Source: Betaproteobacteria bacterium RIFCSPLOWO2_02_FULL_67_26 (lineage in GTDB: Bacteria > Pseudomonadota > Gammaproteobacteria > Burkholderiales > SG8-41). Taken from it: a DNA stretch of 64,000 bases. Numbering within the stretch: position 1 is the first letter of the stretch; each line of letters opens with the position of its first letter. The stretch covers positions 6,111-70,110 of the forward strand of contig MERD01000069.1 of NCBI GenBank assembly GCA_001771935.1. The letters run 5' to 3'. This document shows positions 45,840 through 56,985 of the stretch, piece after piece. Made by a program: the position numbers and the translations under genes. The notes below the pieces were generated by a model. It was not told the DNA's origin. It saw only the letters and a program-made list of their open reading frames with translations, and made no database searches.

Positions 45840-47261
45840 ATGAAGTCATTCGACGTAGTCGTCATTGGCGGCGGGCCCGGCGGCTATATCGCCGCGATCC
45901 GCGCCGCCCAGCTGGGCCTGGCCACGGCGTGCATCGACGAATGGAAGACCGCCGACGGCAAGCCGGCCCCGGGCGGCACCTGCACCAACGTCGGCTGCAT
46001 ACCGTCCAAGGCGCTGCTGCAATCGTCGGAGAATTACGAGCACGCGGGCCATGCCTTCTCCGAGCACGGGATACAGGTGAAGGGGCTGTCGCTCGACCTC
46101 GCGCAGATGCTCAAGCGCAAGGACAAGGTCGTCCGGCAGAACAACGAAGGCATCCTGTACCTGTTCAAGAAGAACAAGATCGCGTTTTTCCACGGCCACG
46201 GCCGCTTCGCCGGCGGAAGCGCGGGGGCCTGGACGATCAAGGTCGACGGCAAGCCGGAGGAGACGCTGACCGCCAAGCACGTCATCGTCGCCACCGGCTC
46301 GGTCCCGCGAGCGTTGCCCGGCGCCGCGTTCGACAACAAGCTCATTCTCGACAACGACGGCGCGCTGGCGATACCCGAGGTGCCGAAGCGCCTGGGCGTG
46401 ATCGGCGCCGGCGTGATCGGCCTCGAAATGGGCAGTGTGTGGCGGCGGCTGGGCGCCGAAGTCGTCATCCTCGAGGCGCTACCGGCGTTTCTCGGAGCGG
46501 CGGACGAGCAGGTCGCCAGGGAAGCGCTCAAGGTGTTCACCAAGCAGGGCCTCGCCATGCATATGGGCGTGAAGGTCGGCAAGGTGACGACCGCCAGGGA
46601 CGTCAAGGTCGAATACGCCGACAGCGCGGGCAAGGCGCAAGCGCTGACCGTGGACAAGCTGATCGTCTCCATCGGGCGCGTGCCCAATACCGGGGGACTC
46701 GATGCCGCGGCGGTCGGCCTCAAGCTGGACGAGCGCGGCTTCGTGGCGGTGGACGACCAGTGCCGCACCAACCTTCCCAACGTGTGGGCCGTGGGCGACG
46801 TGGTGCGAGGCCCGATGCTGGCGCACAAGGCGGAAGAAGAAGGCGTGGCCGTGGCCGAGACCATCGCGGGCAAGCACGGCCACGTCGACTTCAACACCAT
46901 CCCGTGGGTGATCTATACCTCGCCCGAAATCGCGTGGGTGGGCAAGACCGAGCAGCAACTGAAGAGCGAAGGCGTGCGCTACAAGGCCGGGCAGTTCCCG
47001 TTCATGGCCAATGGCCGCGCCCGCGCGCTCGGTGACACCACCGGCTTCGTGAAATTCCTGGCCGACGAGAAGACCGACCGCATCCTCGGCGTGCACATCA
47101 TCGGGCCCATGGCCTCGGAGATGATCGCCGAAGCGGTGGTGGCGATGGAGTTCCGCGCGTCGGCCGAGGATATCGCGCTGATCTGCCACGCCCATCCCTC
47201 GCTCTCCGAGGCGATGAAAGAGGCCGCGCTCGCGGTCGACAAGCGCACCTTGAATTTGTGA
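45840..47261 (+). CDS. lpdA: Dihydrolipoyl dehydrogenase (E3)
   Basis: 473 aa. [24 protein letters not shown] redox disulfide and HAHPSLSEA. Confidence 0.95.
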   Translation: MKSFDVVVIGGGPGGYIAAIRAAQLGLATACIDEWKTADGKPAPGGTCTNVGCIPSKALLQSSENYEHAGHAFSEHGIQVKGLSLDLAQMLKRKDKVVRQNNEGILYLFKKNKIAFFHGHGRFAGGSAGAWTIKVDGKPEETLTAKHVIVATGSVPRALPGAAFDNKLILDNDGALAIPEVPKRLGVIGAGVIGLEMGSVWRRLGAEVVILEALPAFLGAADEQVAREALKVFTKQGLAMHMGVKVGKVTTARDVKVEYADSAGKAQALTVDKLIVSIGRVPNTGGLDAAAVGLKLDERGFVAVDDQCRTNLPNVWAVGDVVRGPMLAHKAEEEGVAVAETIAGKHGHVDFNTIPWVIYTSPEIAWVGKTEQQLKSEGVRYKAGQFPFMANGRARALGDTTGFVKFLADEKTDRILGVHIIGPMASEMIAEAVVAMEFRASAEDIALICHAHPSLSEAMKEAALAVDKRTLNL

Positions 47262-48430
47262 GCGAAGGCGCTTTCGACTCGGCCGAGTATACCGAGCCGG
47301 CCCGGGCGCTTCCCGTCACCGTCCTCGAGCTCTACCAGGAAGCGCTCAGGAAAAGGGGCTTTCAGCCGGACGACTCGCAGTACGCGGCCGTGCTGCGCCT
47401 GCAGAATCTGTACGAGGCGTGGACCGACTACAAGCGCCGGCGCCGCACCGCGCTGCAGCGCCTGGTGGTGCGTCCGCCGTTGCCGCGGGGCGTTTACCTG
47501 TGGGGCGCCGTGGGGCGCGGCAAGACCTTCCTCATGGACAGCTTCTACCGGTGCCTGCCGCTGGTGCGCCGCCGGCGCGTGCATTTCCACCATTTCATGC
47601 GCGACGTGCACCGCGAGCTCGAGACCCTGAAGGGCACGGTCGACCCGCTCGATGCGCTCGCCGCGCGCATCGAGCGGCGCTACCGGCTGATCTGCTTCGA
47701 CGAGATCGCGCTGTCGGATGTGGCGGACGCCATGATCCTCGGGCGCCTGCTGACGCGCACGCTGGAGAAGGGCGTGGTCTACTGCATGACTTCGAACTAC
47801 CCCCCCGACGAGCTCTACAAGGACGGACTCAAGCGCGAGGATTTCCTGCCGACGATCGATTTGATCAAGGACCGCCTCGACGTGATCCGCGTGGACGGGG
47901 GCGTCGATTACCGGCGGCGCGCGCTGCAGCAGGTCAGGGTCTACCACGCGCCGCTCACGCCCGAGACCGACCGCGCATTGATGGAGGCGTTCCGGAGACT
48001 CGCCGAAGTCGAGGAGGAGACTCACGAGCTCGACGTCGAGGGGCGCGTGATCCCCTACCGCCACCGGGCCGGCGGCGTGGTATGGTTCGACTTCAAGGTG
48101 ATCTGCGGCTGGGGCCGCTCGCAGAACGACTATATCGATCTCGCCAAGCGCTTTCATGCGCTCGTGGTCTCCGGGGTGCCGCGCATGTCGCTCGAGCAGG
48201 CCGACGCCGCGCGGCGCTTCACGCTGCTCGTTGACGTGCTCTACGACCAGCGGGTAAAACTGATCGTGTCGGCGGCCTGTCCGCCCGAGGCGCTGCTCGA
48301 CCGCGGCGCCGGCACGGGCGACTCGCAGTTGCAGGCGATGGTGTTCCAGTTCGACCGCACCGCAAGCCGGCTCACCGAGATGCAAACGCTCGAGTACTTG
48401 AACCAGCCCCGGGTCAGGCAGGAAACATGA
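47258..48430 (+). CDS. zapE: Cell division protein ZapE (AFG1-like ATPase)
   Basis: 390 aa. GTG start overlaps the lpd stop (GTGA). Walker [13 protein letters not shown] and Walker B LICFDE. Confidence 0.85.
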   Translation: MSEGAFDSAEYTEPARALPVTVLELYQEALRKRGFQPDDSQYAAVLRLQNLYEAWTDYKRRRRTALQRLVVRPPLPRGVYLWGAVGRGKTFLMDSFYRCLPLVRRRRVHFHHFMRDVHRELETLKGTVDPLDALAARIERRYRLICFDEIALSDVADAMILGRLLTRTLEKGVVYCMTSNYPPDELYKDGLKREDFLPTIDLIKDRLDVIRVDGGVDYRRRALQQVRVYHAPLTPETDRALMEAFRRLAEVEEETHELDVEGRVIPYRHRAGGVVWFDFKVICGWGRSQNDYIDLAKRFHALVVSGVPRMSLEQADAARRFTLLVDVLYDQRVKLIVSAACPPEALLDRGAGTGDSQLQAMVFQFDRTASRLTEMQTLEYLNQPRVRQET

Positions 48431-49413
48431 ATCCATTCCAGGCGTTACGGGTATTCGACGAAAACGGCAAGGCGACCGCCCGCGTGGTGGAGGTGGCGCT
48501 CGCCGAACTGTCCCCGGGGGAGGTCGTGTTGCAAGCGGCCTACTCGAGCGTCAACTACAAGGACGCGCTGGCGGCGACCGGGGTCGGCAAGATCATCCGC
48601 AGCTTTCCCCGCATCGCCGGCATCGATGCGACGGGGACCGTCATCTCGTCCGCCGACGCGCGCTTCAAGGCCGGCGACGAGGTGATCTGCACCAGCTACG
48701 AATTCGGCGTCGGCCACGACGGCGGCTATTCGCAGGTGTGCCGCGTTCCGGCGGACTGGGTGGTGCCGCTGCCGAAAGGGCTCACCTTGTTCGACGCGGC
48801 CGCGCTCGGGGTCGCCGGCTACACCGCCGGGCTGGCGGTGGAACTGCTCGAGCTGAACGGAATGGCGCCGACCAACGGGAAGGTCCTGGTAAACGGCGCG
48901 ACCGGCGGCGTGGCAACCCTCGCCATAGACATGCTGGCTGCGCTCGGCTACCCCGTCGTCGCGGTGACCGGGAAGGACGCCGAGCATGATTTCCTGAGGA
49001 AGCTCGGCGCGCAGGAAGTGCTGTCGCGGCAAGGACTGGAGATGGGAAACCGCCCGCTGGAGAAGGCGCTGTGGGCGGCGGCGTTCGATTCGGTCGGCGG
49101 AGAGCAGCTCGCGTGGCTGACGCGCACCATGCGGCAGGACGGCCTCATTGCCAGCTTCGGCAACGCCGGGGGCATCGAGCTCAAGACCACGGTGCTGCCG
49201 TTCATCCTGCGCGGCGTGCGCCTGATCGGGGTGAACTCCGGCGATACGCCGATGCCGCTGCGGCGCGAGGTCTGGGGGCGGCTCGCGACCGATCTCAGGC
49301 CCCGGCATCTCGGCGACATCGCGCACATCATCAAGCTCGAAGACCTGCCTGCCTATTTCGACAGCATGCTCAAGGGGCAGATACGGGGCAGGGCGGTCGT
49401 CCAACTATCATGA
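48427..49413 (+). CDS. YhdH/YhfP (AcuI-like) family NADPH:quinone/acrylyl-CoA reductase
   Basis: 328 aa. The ATG overlaps the zapE stop (ATGA). AAYSSVNYKDALA, GHDGGYSQ and VNGATGGV are typical of the MDR YhdH subgroup. Confidence 0.8.
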   Translation: MNPFQALRVFDENGKATARVVEVALAELSPGEVVLQAAYSSVNYKDALAATGVGKIIRSFPRIAGIDATGTVISSADARFKAGDEVICTSYEFGVGHDGGYSQVCRVPADWVVPLPKGLTLFDAAALGVAGYTAGLAVELLELNGMAPTNGKVLVNGATGGVATLAIDMLAALGYPVVAVTGKDAEHDFLRKLGAQEVLSRQGLEMGNRPLEKALWAAAFDSVGGEQLAWLTRTMRQDGLIASFGNAGGIELKTTVLPFILRGVRLIGVNSGDTPMPLRREVWGRLATDLRPRHLGDIAHIIKLEDLPAYFDSMLKGQIRGRAVVQLS

Positions 49414-49450
49414 TGCCATCCACATTGTGTCTATTTGGAGCGGGCCGGGC

Positions 49451-50629
49451 ATGACGACCGACCGCCGCACCGGGGAGCTATTCCTCAACATCGGGCACAC
49501 CCTCGACCACCTGTTCCTGCTGATCTACCCGACCGTGGTGCTGGCCATGGCGCCGGAGTTCGGCCGCCCGTACAGCGAGATGCTGCCGCTCGCGCTGGGC
49601 GGGTTCATCGCGTTCGGCGCGGGCTCTCTGCCCGCCGGCTGGATCGCCGACCGCTGGAGCCGGCGCGGCATGATGGTCGTGTTCTTCGTCGGCATCGGAG
49701 CCGCATCCATACTGACCGGGCTCACCCAGGCGCCGTGGCAGATTGCCGCCGCGCTCACCGTGATGGGGCTGTTCGGCGCCATTTACCATCCCGTCGGCAT
49801 CGCGATGCTGGTGAGCGGGCGCGACAAGGTGGGCAAGGTGCTCGGCGTGAACGGCGTATTCGGCAATCTCGGGCTCGCCTTCGCCGCGCTCATTGCCGGG
49901 GCGCTGGCCCACTGGATCAACTGGCGCGCAGCGTTCATCGTCCCGGGGCTGGTGTCAATTGCCGTCGGAATCGCCTTCGCGGTCCTGGTGCCCGACATGC
50001 AGACCGCGGGCCGGCGCTCCGCCGCCGGGGGGCGCGCCGGATTCTCGCGCGGCCTGCTGGTGCGCGTATTCACGATCCTTACGGTCACCACGATCTTCGG
50101 CGGCGTCGTATTCAATTCCACGACCATCGCCATGCCCAAGGTATTCGACGAGCGCCTCGGCGCGCTGGTCAGCACCACGCTCGGCATCGGTATCCTGGTG
50201 TCGCTGGTCTACGCGTTCGCCGCCGTGGCCCAGCTGGTGGTCGGTCATTTCCTGGACCGCGGCTCGATCAAGCCGGTGCTGATGTCCGTGGTCGGCATCC
50301 AGGTGCCGCTGCTCATCGGCGCGGCCTTCTTCGACAATCACCTGATGCTGGTCGCGGCACTCGGCATGATGTTCTTCATTTTCGGTCAGGTGCCGATCAA
50401 CGACGCCATGGTCGCCGCCTATACCGACGAGGCGTGGCGCTCGCGCGTGTTCGCGGTGCGTTACGTCGTCTCCTTCGGGGCGAGCGCCTGCGCGGTGCCG
50501 CTGGTGGCGCTGATGCACCGCTACAGCAGCGACTTCAAGTACCTGTTCTTCGCGCTGGCGGCGATGGCGGCCGTCATGTTCGCCGCGGCCTCCCTCATGC
50601 CCGCCCGCGCCGCGAACGTCACGGCCTGA
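49451..50629 (+). CDS. MFS transporter
   Basis: About 392 aa, roughly 12 TM. MFS loop motif GWIADRWSRRG. Start placed at MTTDRRTGE. The upstream start at 49427 is possible. Confidence 0.75.
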   Translation: MTTDRRTGELFLNIGHTLDHLFLLIYPTVVLAMAPEFGRPYSEMLPLALGGFIAFGAGSLPAGWIADRWSRRGMMVVFFVGIGAASILTGLTQAPWQIAAALTVMGLFGAIYHPVGIAMLVSGRDKVGKVLGVNGVFGNLGLAFAALIAGALAHWINWRAAFIVPGLVSIAVGIAFAVLVPDMQTAGRRSAAGGRAGFSRGLLVRVFTILTVTTIFGGVVFNSTTIAMPKVFDERLGALVSTTLGIGILVSLVYAFAAVAQLVVGHFLDRGSIKPVLMSVVGIQVPLLIGAAFFDNHLMLVAALGMMFFIFGQVPINDAMVAAYTDEAWRSRVFAVRYVVSFGASACAVPLVALMHRYSSDFKYLFFALAAMAAVMFAAASLMPARAANVTA

Positions 50630-50647
50630 CAGCGCAACCGTGGGTGG

Positions 50648-51403
50648 TCAGAACGCGAACCGGCTCATGCCGCCGTCCACCGGCGTTACCGTTCCCGTGA
50701 TGTATCCGGCACGTGGCGAAGCCAGGAACACGGCGAGGTTCGCCAGCTCTTCGGGCTCGCCGAAACGGCCCATGGGGATGTTTTCCTCGGCGAATTTCCG
50801 GCGATCCGCCGCCGTGGGGTGGAAGCGCACGATCTGCTCGCTCATGATGCGGCCGGGCTGGATCGAGTTGATGGTGATGCCGTGCGCCGCCATCTCGCGC
50901 GACAGCCCCTTCGCCCACGCGTGCACCGCGGCCTTCGCGGAGTTCGCCGCATTGAGCCCGCGCGGCTCGGACGTCCCCGTGATGTTGACGATGCGGCCCC
51001 AGCGCCGCGCCTTCATGCCCGGGATCACCGCGTGGGACAACTCGCGCAGGCGGATGAAGTTGACCAGTATCCCTTCCGCCCACTGCTCCTTGGTCGCCTC
51101 GAACGGGTAGGGCCGGCTGCCGCCGGCGGCATTGACCAGGATATCGATGTGCCCGAGGCCCTGCGCCGCCTCCTGCGCGAGCTTCTCGGCCGATCCTTCC
51201 TGATACAGGTCGGCGGCGATCACCAGCGGCTCGGCCGCGCGCGCTGACACGATTTCCCGCGCGAGCTCTTCGAGCAAGTTGACTCGGCGCGCGGCGATGG
51301 CGATCTTCACGCCTTCATTGGCCAAGCCCAGGGCGATGGCGCGCCCGATGCCGCGCGAGGCACCGGTGACAAGCGCGGTCTTGCCGGATAGTTGGAGGTC
51401 CAT
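50648..51403 (-). CDS. SDR family oxidoreductase (FabG-like)
   Basis: 251 aa. TGASRGIGRAIA cofactor motif, NAAG, and a catalytic region with SAKAAVHAWAKGL. Confidence 0.85.
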   Translation of the reverse strand: MDLQLSGKTALVTGASRGIGRAIALGLANEGVKIAIAARRVNLLEELAREIVSARAAEPLVIAADLYQEGSAEKLAQEAAQGLGHIDILVNAAGGSRPYPFEATKEQWAEGILVNFIRLRELSHAVIPGMKARRWGRIVNITGTSEPRGLNAANSAKAAVHAWAKGLSREMAAHGITINSIQPGRIMSEQIVRFHPTAADRRKFAEENIPMGRFGEPEELANLAVFLASPRAGYITGTVTPVDGGMSRFAF

Positions 51404-51553
51404 TGCGACGTCCTATGAAAGAATAGTTGTCAGAATAGCAGAGGGCGGGATAGTGTTCGCCACCGCACAGAAAAACCCCCGGGAGAGGGCGACATTGGGT
51501 AAGCTCCTGGATAGCCCCAAGCACGCTGGGCCGGTAGCGAAGTCGATTCAGGA

Positions 51554-53890
51554 ATGAGCACCGAAAACACAATCAGCATCAATCTCGATGCCATCGCCGC
51601 CAGGATTCAGGCGTCGCGCGACGTCGACGCGGTTTTGCGCGAGCTCGGCCAGGACATTTGCGCCGTGTTCGAGGCGGATCGCCTGACGGTTTATCTGATC
51701 AACGAGGACCGGACGCTGCTGGTCTCGAAGATCAAGACCGGCCTCGATTCGTTTGACGACTTGAAACTCCCGATGTCGGCGGAATTCAGCATCGCGGGGT
51801 ACGTGGCGCTCAATGGCCGGTTGGTCAACATCCAGGATGCCTACAGCGTGGAAGAGCTCAATACCTTCGATCCCCCGGTCTATTTTTACCGGGCGGTGGA
51901 CCGGTCCACGGGGTACAAGACCAAACAAGTGCTGGCGGCCCCCATTCTCGATGGCCCGGATTCCAAAGAGGCGATCGGCGTAGTGGAATTCATCAATACC
52001 TTATCCGGGAATCCGTTTCCGAAGCACGCTGAAAGAAGGGCCGGCGTGCTCTGCAAGGCCCTGGCGACAGGCTATCGGCAGCGGGAAAAGGCCAAGCCGG
52101 CCGGCGCCAAGACCAAGTACGACCATCTGGTCATCGACGGGGTGATCACTCCCGCCGAACTGGAGCTCGCGATCCGCCTCGCGCGGGGGAAAGGCGTCAA
52201 CATCGAGCAGGTGTTGCGGGACGAGCTCAAGGTCAGCGATCCGGCGCTGGGGCTCGCCCTGTCGAAGTATTTCGGCCTGCCGTACGAGCCGTTTCGCCCC
52301 GACCGCGCCCGGCCGGCCGCTTTGCTGAGAAAGCTCAAACGCACGTTCGTGGTCAGCCAGGCGTGGATGCCCGTCGGCGAGGACGATCAGGGCATGATAG
52401 TAATGACCACCGATCCCGAGCGTTTCGCCGGCTCGCGCATCGTCAACCAGATCTTTCCCAACAAGAAGGTTTCCTACCGCGTTTGCACCGGCCGGGATTT
52501 TGCGGCGACGGTGGAGCAGTTCTTCGGGTCGGAGAGCGCCTCCGTTTCCGTGGACACGATCATCAGAAGGATGGAAGGGGAGATCTCGGAAGCGCGAAGC
52601 GGCGTGGTCGACGACAGGGTCGAGCCGGACAGCGCAACGGTGCAACTGGTCAACAAGATCGTTCTGGAAGCCCACAACCTGCGCGCTTCGGACATCCATG
52701 TCGAGCCGCGGCCGGGCAACGGGAAGACCAAGGTCCGGTTCCGCATCGATGGCTCGCTGACGGATTACATCGAGATACCGGCGATTTCCCATGCCAAGGT
52801 CGTGGCGCGGCTGAAGATCATGGCCGACCTGGACATCTCCAACAAGAGGGAACCGCAGGACGGCAAGATCACGTTCAAGCAGTTCGTGCCGTCGCTCGAC
52901 ATCGAGTTGCGCGTTGCGACCATCCCCACCGTCGGCGGGAAGGAAGATGTCGTCATGCGCGTTCTGACGGCCGGCCGTCCCGTGCCGCTCGAACAGCTGG
53001 GACTGAGTCCCCGCAACCTGCAGGTGCTGAAATCGATGGTGAGCAAGCCGTACGGCTTGTTCCTCGTGTGCGGCCCGACGGGTTCGGGCAAGACGACGAC
53101 CCTGCATTCGGTCCTGGGCTACATCAACACCCCGGAAACCAAGATCTGGACCGCGGAGGATCCCGTTGAAATCACCCATGAATCCCTGCGCCAGGTGCAG
53201 ATCAATCCGAGGGCCGATCTGACCTTTGCGCGCGCGATGCGCGCTTTCCTGCGCGCCGATCCGGACGTGATCATGGTGGGCGAGATGCGGGACAAGGAAA
53301 CCACCGCCATCGGCATCGAGGCTTCCCTCACCGGGCACCGGGTTCTCGCGACCATACACACCAACAGCGCGCCCGAGAGCATCGTTCGCCTGCTCGACAT
53401 GGGCATGGACCCGTTCAATTTCGCGGACGCCCTGCTGGGCATCATGGCGCAGCGCCTGGCAAAGCGCCTGTGCCCCAAGTGCAAGAAGCCCCACGTGGCT
53501 GCGAAGGACGAGATCCGCCTGATGCTCACCGAATACAGCCAGGACCTGAAAGACACCGACCCGTTCAAGGCCGACCCGAAGGCGGCGTTGCAGGCAATCT
53601 ACGCCGAGTGGATGAAGAGCTATGCCTATGACAAGGGGCGCTTCATTCTCTACGACCCGGCGGGCTGTGAGGCGTGCCGCGGCACGGGCTATAGCGGGCG
53701 GGTCGCCCTGCACGAGTTACTGGTGGCGACCGACGCGATCAAGCAGGCCATTCAGGAGCACGCGCGAGTCGCGGCGGTCCTTCGCGCCGCCGTAAACGAG
53801 GGCATGCGGACGCTCAAGCAGGATGGCATCGAAAAAGTCCTGCAGGGGACCATGAACCTGCACTCGGTGCGCGCGGTCTGCATCACCTGA
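51554..53890 (+). CDS. GAF-domain-containing GspE/PilB-family secretion/pilus ATPase
   Basis: 778 aa. N-terminal GAF-like region (RLTVYLINEDRTLL, IAGYVALNGRLVNIQDAY, VLAAPIL, GVVEFIN). A T2SSE_N-like segment (VITPAELELAIRLARGKGVNIEQVL, YFGLPYEPF). An ATPase core with Walker A CGPTGSGKTTT, DPDVIMVGEMRD, and tetracysteine CPKCK...CEACRGTGY. Confidence 0.8.
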   Translation: MSTENTISINLDAIAARIQASRDVDAVLRELGQDICAVFEADRLTVYLINEDRTLLVSKIKTGLDSFDDLKLPMSAEFSIAGYVALNGRLVNIQDAYSVEELNTFDPPVYFYRAVDRSTGYKTKQVLAAPILDGPDSKEAIGVVEFINTLSGNPFPKHAERRAGVLCKALATGYRQREKAKPAGAKTKYDHLVIDGVITPAELELAIRLARGKGVNIEQVLRDELKVSDPALGLALSKYFGLPYEPFRPDRARPAALLRKLKRTFVVSQAWMPVGEDDQGMIVMTTDPERFAGSRIVNQIFPNKKVSYRVCTGRDFAATVEQFFGSESASVSVDTIIRRMEGEISEARSGVVDDRVEPDSATVQLVNKIVLEAHNLRASDIHVEPRPGNGKTKVRFRIDGSLTDYIEIPAISHAKVVARLKIMADLDISNKREPQDGKITFKQFVPSLDIELRVATIPTVGGKEDVVMRVLTAGRPVPLEQLGLSPRNLQVLKSMVSKPYGLFLVCGPTGSGKTTTLHSVLGYINTPETKIWTAEDPVEITHESLRQVQINPRADLTFARAMRAFLRADPDVIMVGEMRDKETTAIGIEASLTGHRVLATIHTNSAPESIVRLLDMGMDPFNFADALLGIMAQRLAKRLCPKCKKPHVAAKDEIRLMLTEYSQDLKDTDPFKADPKAALQAIYAEWMKSYAYDKGRFILYDPAGCEACRGTGYSGRVALHELLVATDAIKQAIQEHARVAAVLRAAVNEGMRTLKQDGIEKVLQGTMNLHSVRAVCIT

Positions 53891-53896
53891 GGATAC

Positions 53897-53988
<92 letters not shown>

Positions 53989-54074
53989 GGACGCGGGAAT
54001 TTTATCAGATCGATGCGGGAATTCGGCTGACCGCGGACCAGTCAGGTAGGGCGGGATTGCGCGCGTCTCGCGTT

Positions 54075-56051
54075 TCAGTTGATGCTCTCGCGCAGCTGCT
54101 GCAGGATCGCGGGATTCTCGAGGGTCGTGACATCCTGCGTGATCTCCTCGCCCTTGGCGATCGAGCGCAGCAGCCGGCGCATGATCTTGCCGGAGCGCGT
54201 CTTGGGCAGGTTGTCGCCGAAGCGGATGTCCCTGGGCTTGGCGATGGGGCCGATCTCCTTGCCGACCCAGTCCTGCAGCTCCTTGACGATTCTCTTCGCT
54301 TCGCTGCCATTGGGCCGCGCCTGCTTGAGCACCACGAAAGCAACGATGGCTTCACCGGTCAGGTCGTCGGGACGGCCGACGACCGCCGCCTCGGCCACCA
54401 GCCTGGTATTCGCGACCAGGGCCGACTCGATTTCCATCGTGCCCAGGCGGTGCCCGGAGACGTTGAGCACGTCGTCGATGCGGCCCATGATGCGGATGTA
54501 GCCGTCCTCGTCGAACGAGGCGCCGTCCCCGGCGAGGTAGTACTGGCCCTTGTAGTCCTCGGGGTAGTAGGTCTTCTTGTAGCGCTCGGGATCGCCCCAG
54601 ATCGTGCGCAGCATCGCCGGCCACGGCTTCTTGATCACCAGCACGCCGCCCTTGCCCTTGCCCACCGAGCGCCCCGTTTCGTCCACGATGTCGGCAAAGA
54701 TACCGGGGAGCGCAAAGGTCGCGGATCCGGGTTTCGTCGGCGTCGCGCCCGGCAGCGGCGAGATCATGTGGCCCCCGGTCTCGGTCTGCCACCAGGTATC
54801 CACGATCGGGCAGCGGCCGCCGCCGACGGTTTCGTGGTACCACATCCAGGCCTCGGGATTGATCGGCTCGCCGACGGTGCCGAGGATGCGCAGCGACGAC
54901 AGGTCGTACTGCTTCGGCAGGGTCCCACCGGCCTTGATCAGCGAGCGGATCGCGGTGGGGGCGGTGTAGAACACCGTGGCCTTGTGGTCCTGGATCATTT
55001 TCCAGAAGCGCCCGGCGTCCGGGTAGACGGGAACGCCCTCGAACACGATCTCGGTCGCGCCGCAGGCGAGCGGGCCGTACGTGGTATACGAGTGCCCGGT
55101 GACCCAGCCGACGTCCGCCGTGCACCAGAAGACGTCGGCGGGCTTGTAATCGAACACCCATTTCATCGTCAGGATGGTCCACAGCAGGTAGCCGCCCGTG
55201 GAATGCTGGATGCCCTTCGGCTTGCCGGTCGAGCCGGAGGTGTAGAGGATGAAGAGCGGGTGCTCGGCGTCGACCCAGGTCGGCTCGCAGACTTCGGGCT
55301 GGCCGTTCAGCAGGTCGTGCAGCCAGACGTCCAGCTTCGCATTCCACTGCACCACGGTCCCGGTGCGCTTATAGACCACGACCGACTTGATCGTCTCGCA
55401 CCCGCCCATGGCGAGCGCCTCGTCGACAGCGGGCTTCAGCGGAATTTCGCGGCCGCCCCGGAACTGCCCGTCGGCGGTGAGCACCGCCACGGCGCCGGCG
55501 TCGATGATGCGCTCCTGCAGGCTCTTCGCCGAGAAGCCCCCGAATACCACGGAATGGATCGCTCCGATGCGCGCGCAGGCCTGCATCGCGACCACGACCT
55601 CGATCGACATCGGCATGTAGATGATGACCCGGTCGCTTTTCTTGATGCCCCGCGATTTCAGCCCGTTCGCCATCATGCAGACCCGGCGGTAGAGCGCCTT
55701 GTAGGTGATCTTCGTGACCTTGCCGTCGTCCGCCTCGAAGATGATGGCGACCTTGTCCGGCTGGCTCTTGAGGTGGGGGTCGAGGCAGTTGTAGGATGCG
55801 TTCAGTTCGCCGTCATGAAACCACTTGAAGAACGGCGCGTTGGATTCATCGAGGACCCGGGTGAACGGCCGGTGCCACAGCACGTGCTCGCGCGCGAGTC
55901 TCCCCCAGAACCCTTCGAAGTCCTGTTCCGCCTCGCCCGCCAGCTTCCGGTACGCCTCCATGCTCGGGATGGCCGCCTTCGCGGCGAATGACTTGCTCGG
56001 CGTGAAGACGCGGTTTTCCTGTAGAACGGATTCGATCGACTTGTTGGCCAT
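54075..56051 (-). CDS. acs: Acetyl-CoA synthetase (AMP-forming)
   Basis: 658 aa from [35 protein letters not shown] and the C-terminal [12 protein letters not shown]. The track ORF start at 56183 is an unsupported extension. Confidence 0.95.
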   Translation of the reverse strand: MANKSIESVLQENRVFTPSKSFAAKAAIPSMEAYRKLAGEAEQDFEGFWGRLAREHVLWHRPFTRVLDESNAPFFKWFHDGELNASYNCLDPHLKSQPDKVAIIFEADDGKVTKITYKALYRRVCMMANGLKSRGIKKSDRVIIYMPMSIEVVVAMQACARIGAIHSVVFGGFSAKSLQERIIDAGAVAVLTADGQFRGGREIPLKPAVDEALAMGGCETIKSVVVYKRTGTVVQWNAKLDVWLHDLLNGQPEVCEPTWVDAEHPLFILYTSGSTGKPKGIQHSTGGYLLWTILTMKWVFDYKPADVFWCTADVGWVTGHSYTTYGPLACGATEIVFEGVPVYPDAGRFWKMIQDHKATVFYTAPTAIRSLIKAGGTLPKQYDLSSLRILGTVGEPINPEAWMWYHETVGGGRCPIVDTWWQTETGGHMISPLPGATPTKPGSATFALPGIFADIVDETGRSVGKGKGGVLVIKKPWPAMLRTIWGDPERYKKTYYPEDYKGQYYLAGDGASFDEDGYIRIMGRIDDVLNVSGHRLGTMEIESALVANTRLVAEAAVVGRPDDLTGEAIVAFVVLKQARPNGSEAKRIVKELQDWVGKEIGPIAKPRDIRFGDNLPKTRSGKIMRRLLRSIAKGEEITQDVTTLENPAILQQLRESIN

Positions 56052-56228
56052 GCATTCCTCCGGTTGCAGTAGGAGCGGAATCCGGGAAAGTAAACGGCAG
56101 CGCGGATCGCTACCAGCGCGCAGTGCCCCGTGAATGGAAGCATTAAAATGGCCGCTTGTAAAGATTGCGGGGGATTGATTCACGGAAGCGATGGCCGCGC
56201 GCCCGCATAATGCTTACAATTTACTTAC

Positions 56229-56327
56229 GGCGGGCCTCCCCGCATTGCAGGGTAGTGAACCTGGTCAGGTCCGGAAGGAAGCAGCCACAGCTATTCCTTG
56301 CAAGTGCCGGGGGTAAGGCTCGCCACC
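56229..56327 (+). ncRNA. ffs: Signal recognition particle RNA (4.5S RNA)
   Basis: Contains the conserved domain IV sequence GGTGAACCTGGTCAGGTCCGGAAGGAAGCAGCC (here GTAGTGAAC...). The 5' GGCGGGCCT pairs with the 3' AGGCTCGCC. A T8 run follows at 56328-56335. Confidence 0.85.
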
Positions 56328-56353
56328 TTTTTTTTGGGTTATCATCACGCGTC

Positions 56354-56887
56354 ATGAAAAAAATCGTATCGATCGGGGTGCTGGCTGCGGTTTGCCTGCT
56401 GTGGGCATCCCGCGCAGTGGCGGTGGACGGGATCGCCGTTGAGGGCGGCAGCGGCGACAGCACGGACATGGGGCGAGTCGCCATCCAATGGGATTGGAGC
56501 AAGCGCTGGTTCCAGGGCCGGGAATGGCATGTCGGCGGCTATTGGGACCTGGGGCTCGGCTACTGGACCCGCGACGCGCTTCCCGGACAGAACGGGGATA
56601 TCACCGAGATCGGGCTGACCCCGGTATTCCGCCTGCAACGCAACAGCCTCCAGGGGCCCTACGCGGAGGCCGCCATCGGCTTCCACGTGCTGTCGAAGTC
56701 CACCCTCGGCGACAAGCGCTTCAGCACGCTGTTCCAGTTCGGCGATCACCTGGGTTTCGGCTACCGCTTCGGCGTCAAGAGCGCATGGGACGTGGGCTAC
56801 CGCTACCAGCACTTGTCCAACGCCAGCATCAAGAAGCCCAACAACGGCATCAATTTCCACCAGCTCCGGCTGCAATATCACTTCTGA
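56354..56887 (+). CDS. Outer-membrane acyloxyacyl hydrolase, PagL-like lipid A deacylase family
   Basis: 177 aa. Signal peptide MKKIVSIGVLAAVCLLWASRAVA. Beta-barrel-like alternating pattern. C-terminal YQHLSNASI (HxSN catalytic motif) and a terminal aromatic residue (QYHF). Confidence 0.7.
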   Translation: MKKIVSIGVLAAVCLLWASRAVAVDGIAVEGGSGDSTDMGRVAIQWDWSKRWFQGREWHVGGYWDLGLGYWTRDALPGQNGDITEIGLTPVFRLQRNSLQGPYAEAAIGFHVLSKSTLGDKRFSTLFQFGDHLGFGYRFGVKSAWDVGYRYQHLSNASIKKPNNGINFHQLRLQYHF

Positions 56888-56985
56888 GTGATTCGTGGTT
56901 CGCGGCTCGTGATTCGTGACGGGTGGCGGAGCCGTTGCAGTAGAATACGACCCACCATCCACGATTCACGATCCACGGCTCCCAA

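Noticed and set aside
53989-54074. Two GCGGGAATT direct repeats next to the tRNA-Ser 5' side as possible att or regulatory sites
   Set aside because: The 9-mers are short, lie on the 5' side of the tRNA (not the usual integration side) and have no associated island content. This is most likely the acs 3' UTR or the tRNA promoter region.
56052-56228. Attempt to assign sigma70 promoters for ffs and acs in this spacer
   Set aside because: TACAAT and CATAAT hexamers are present, but I could not pair either with a convincing -35 at 16-18 nt. Left unannotated.
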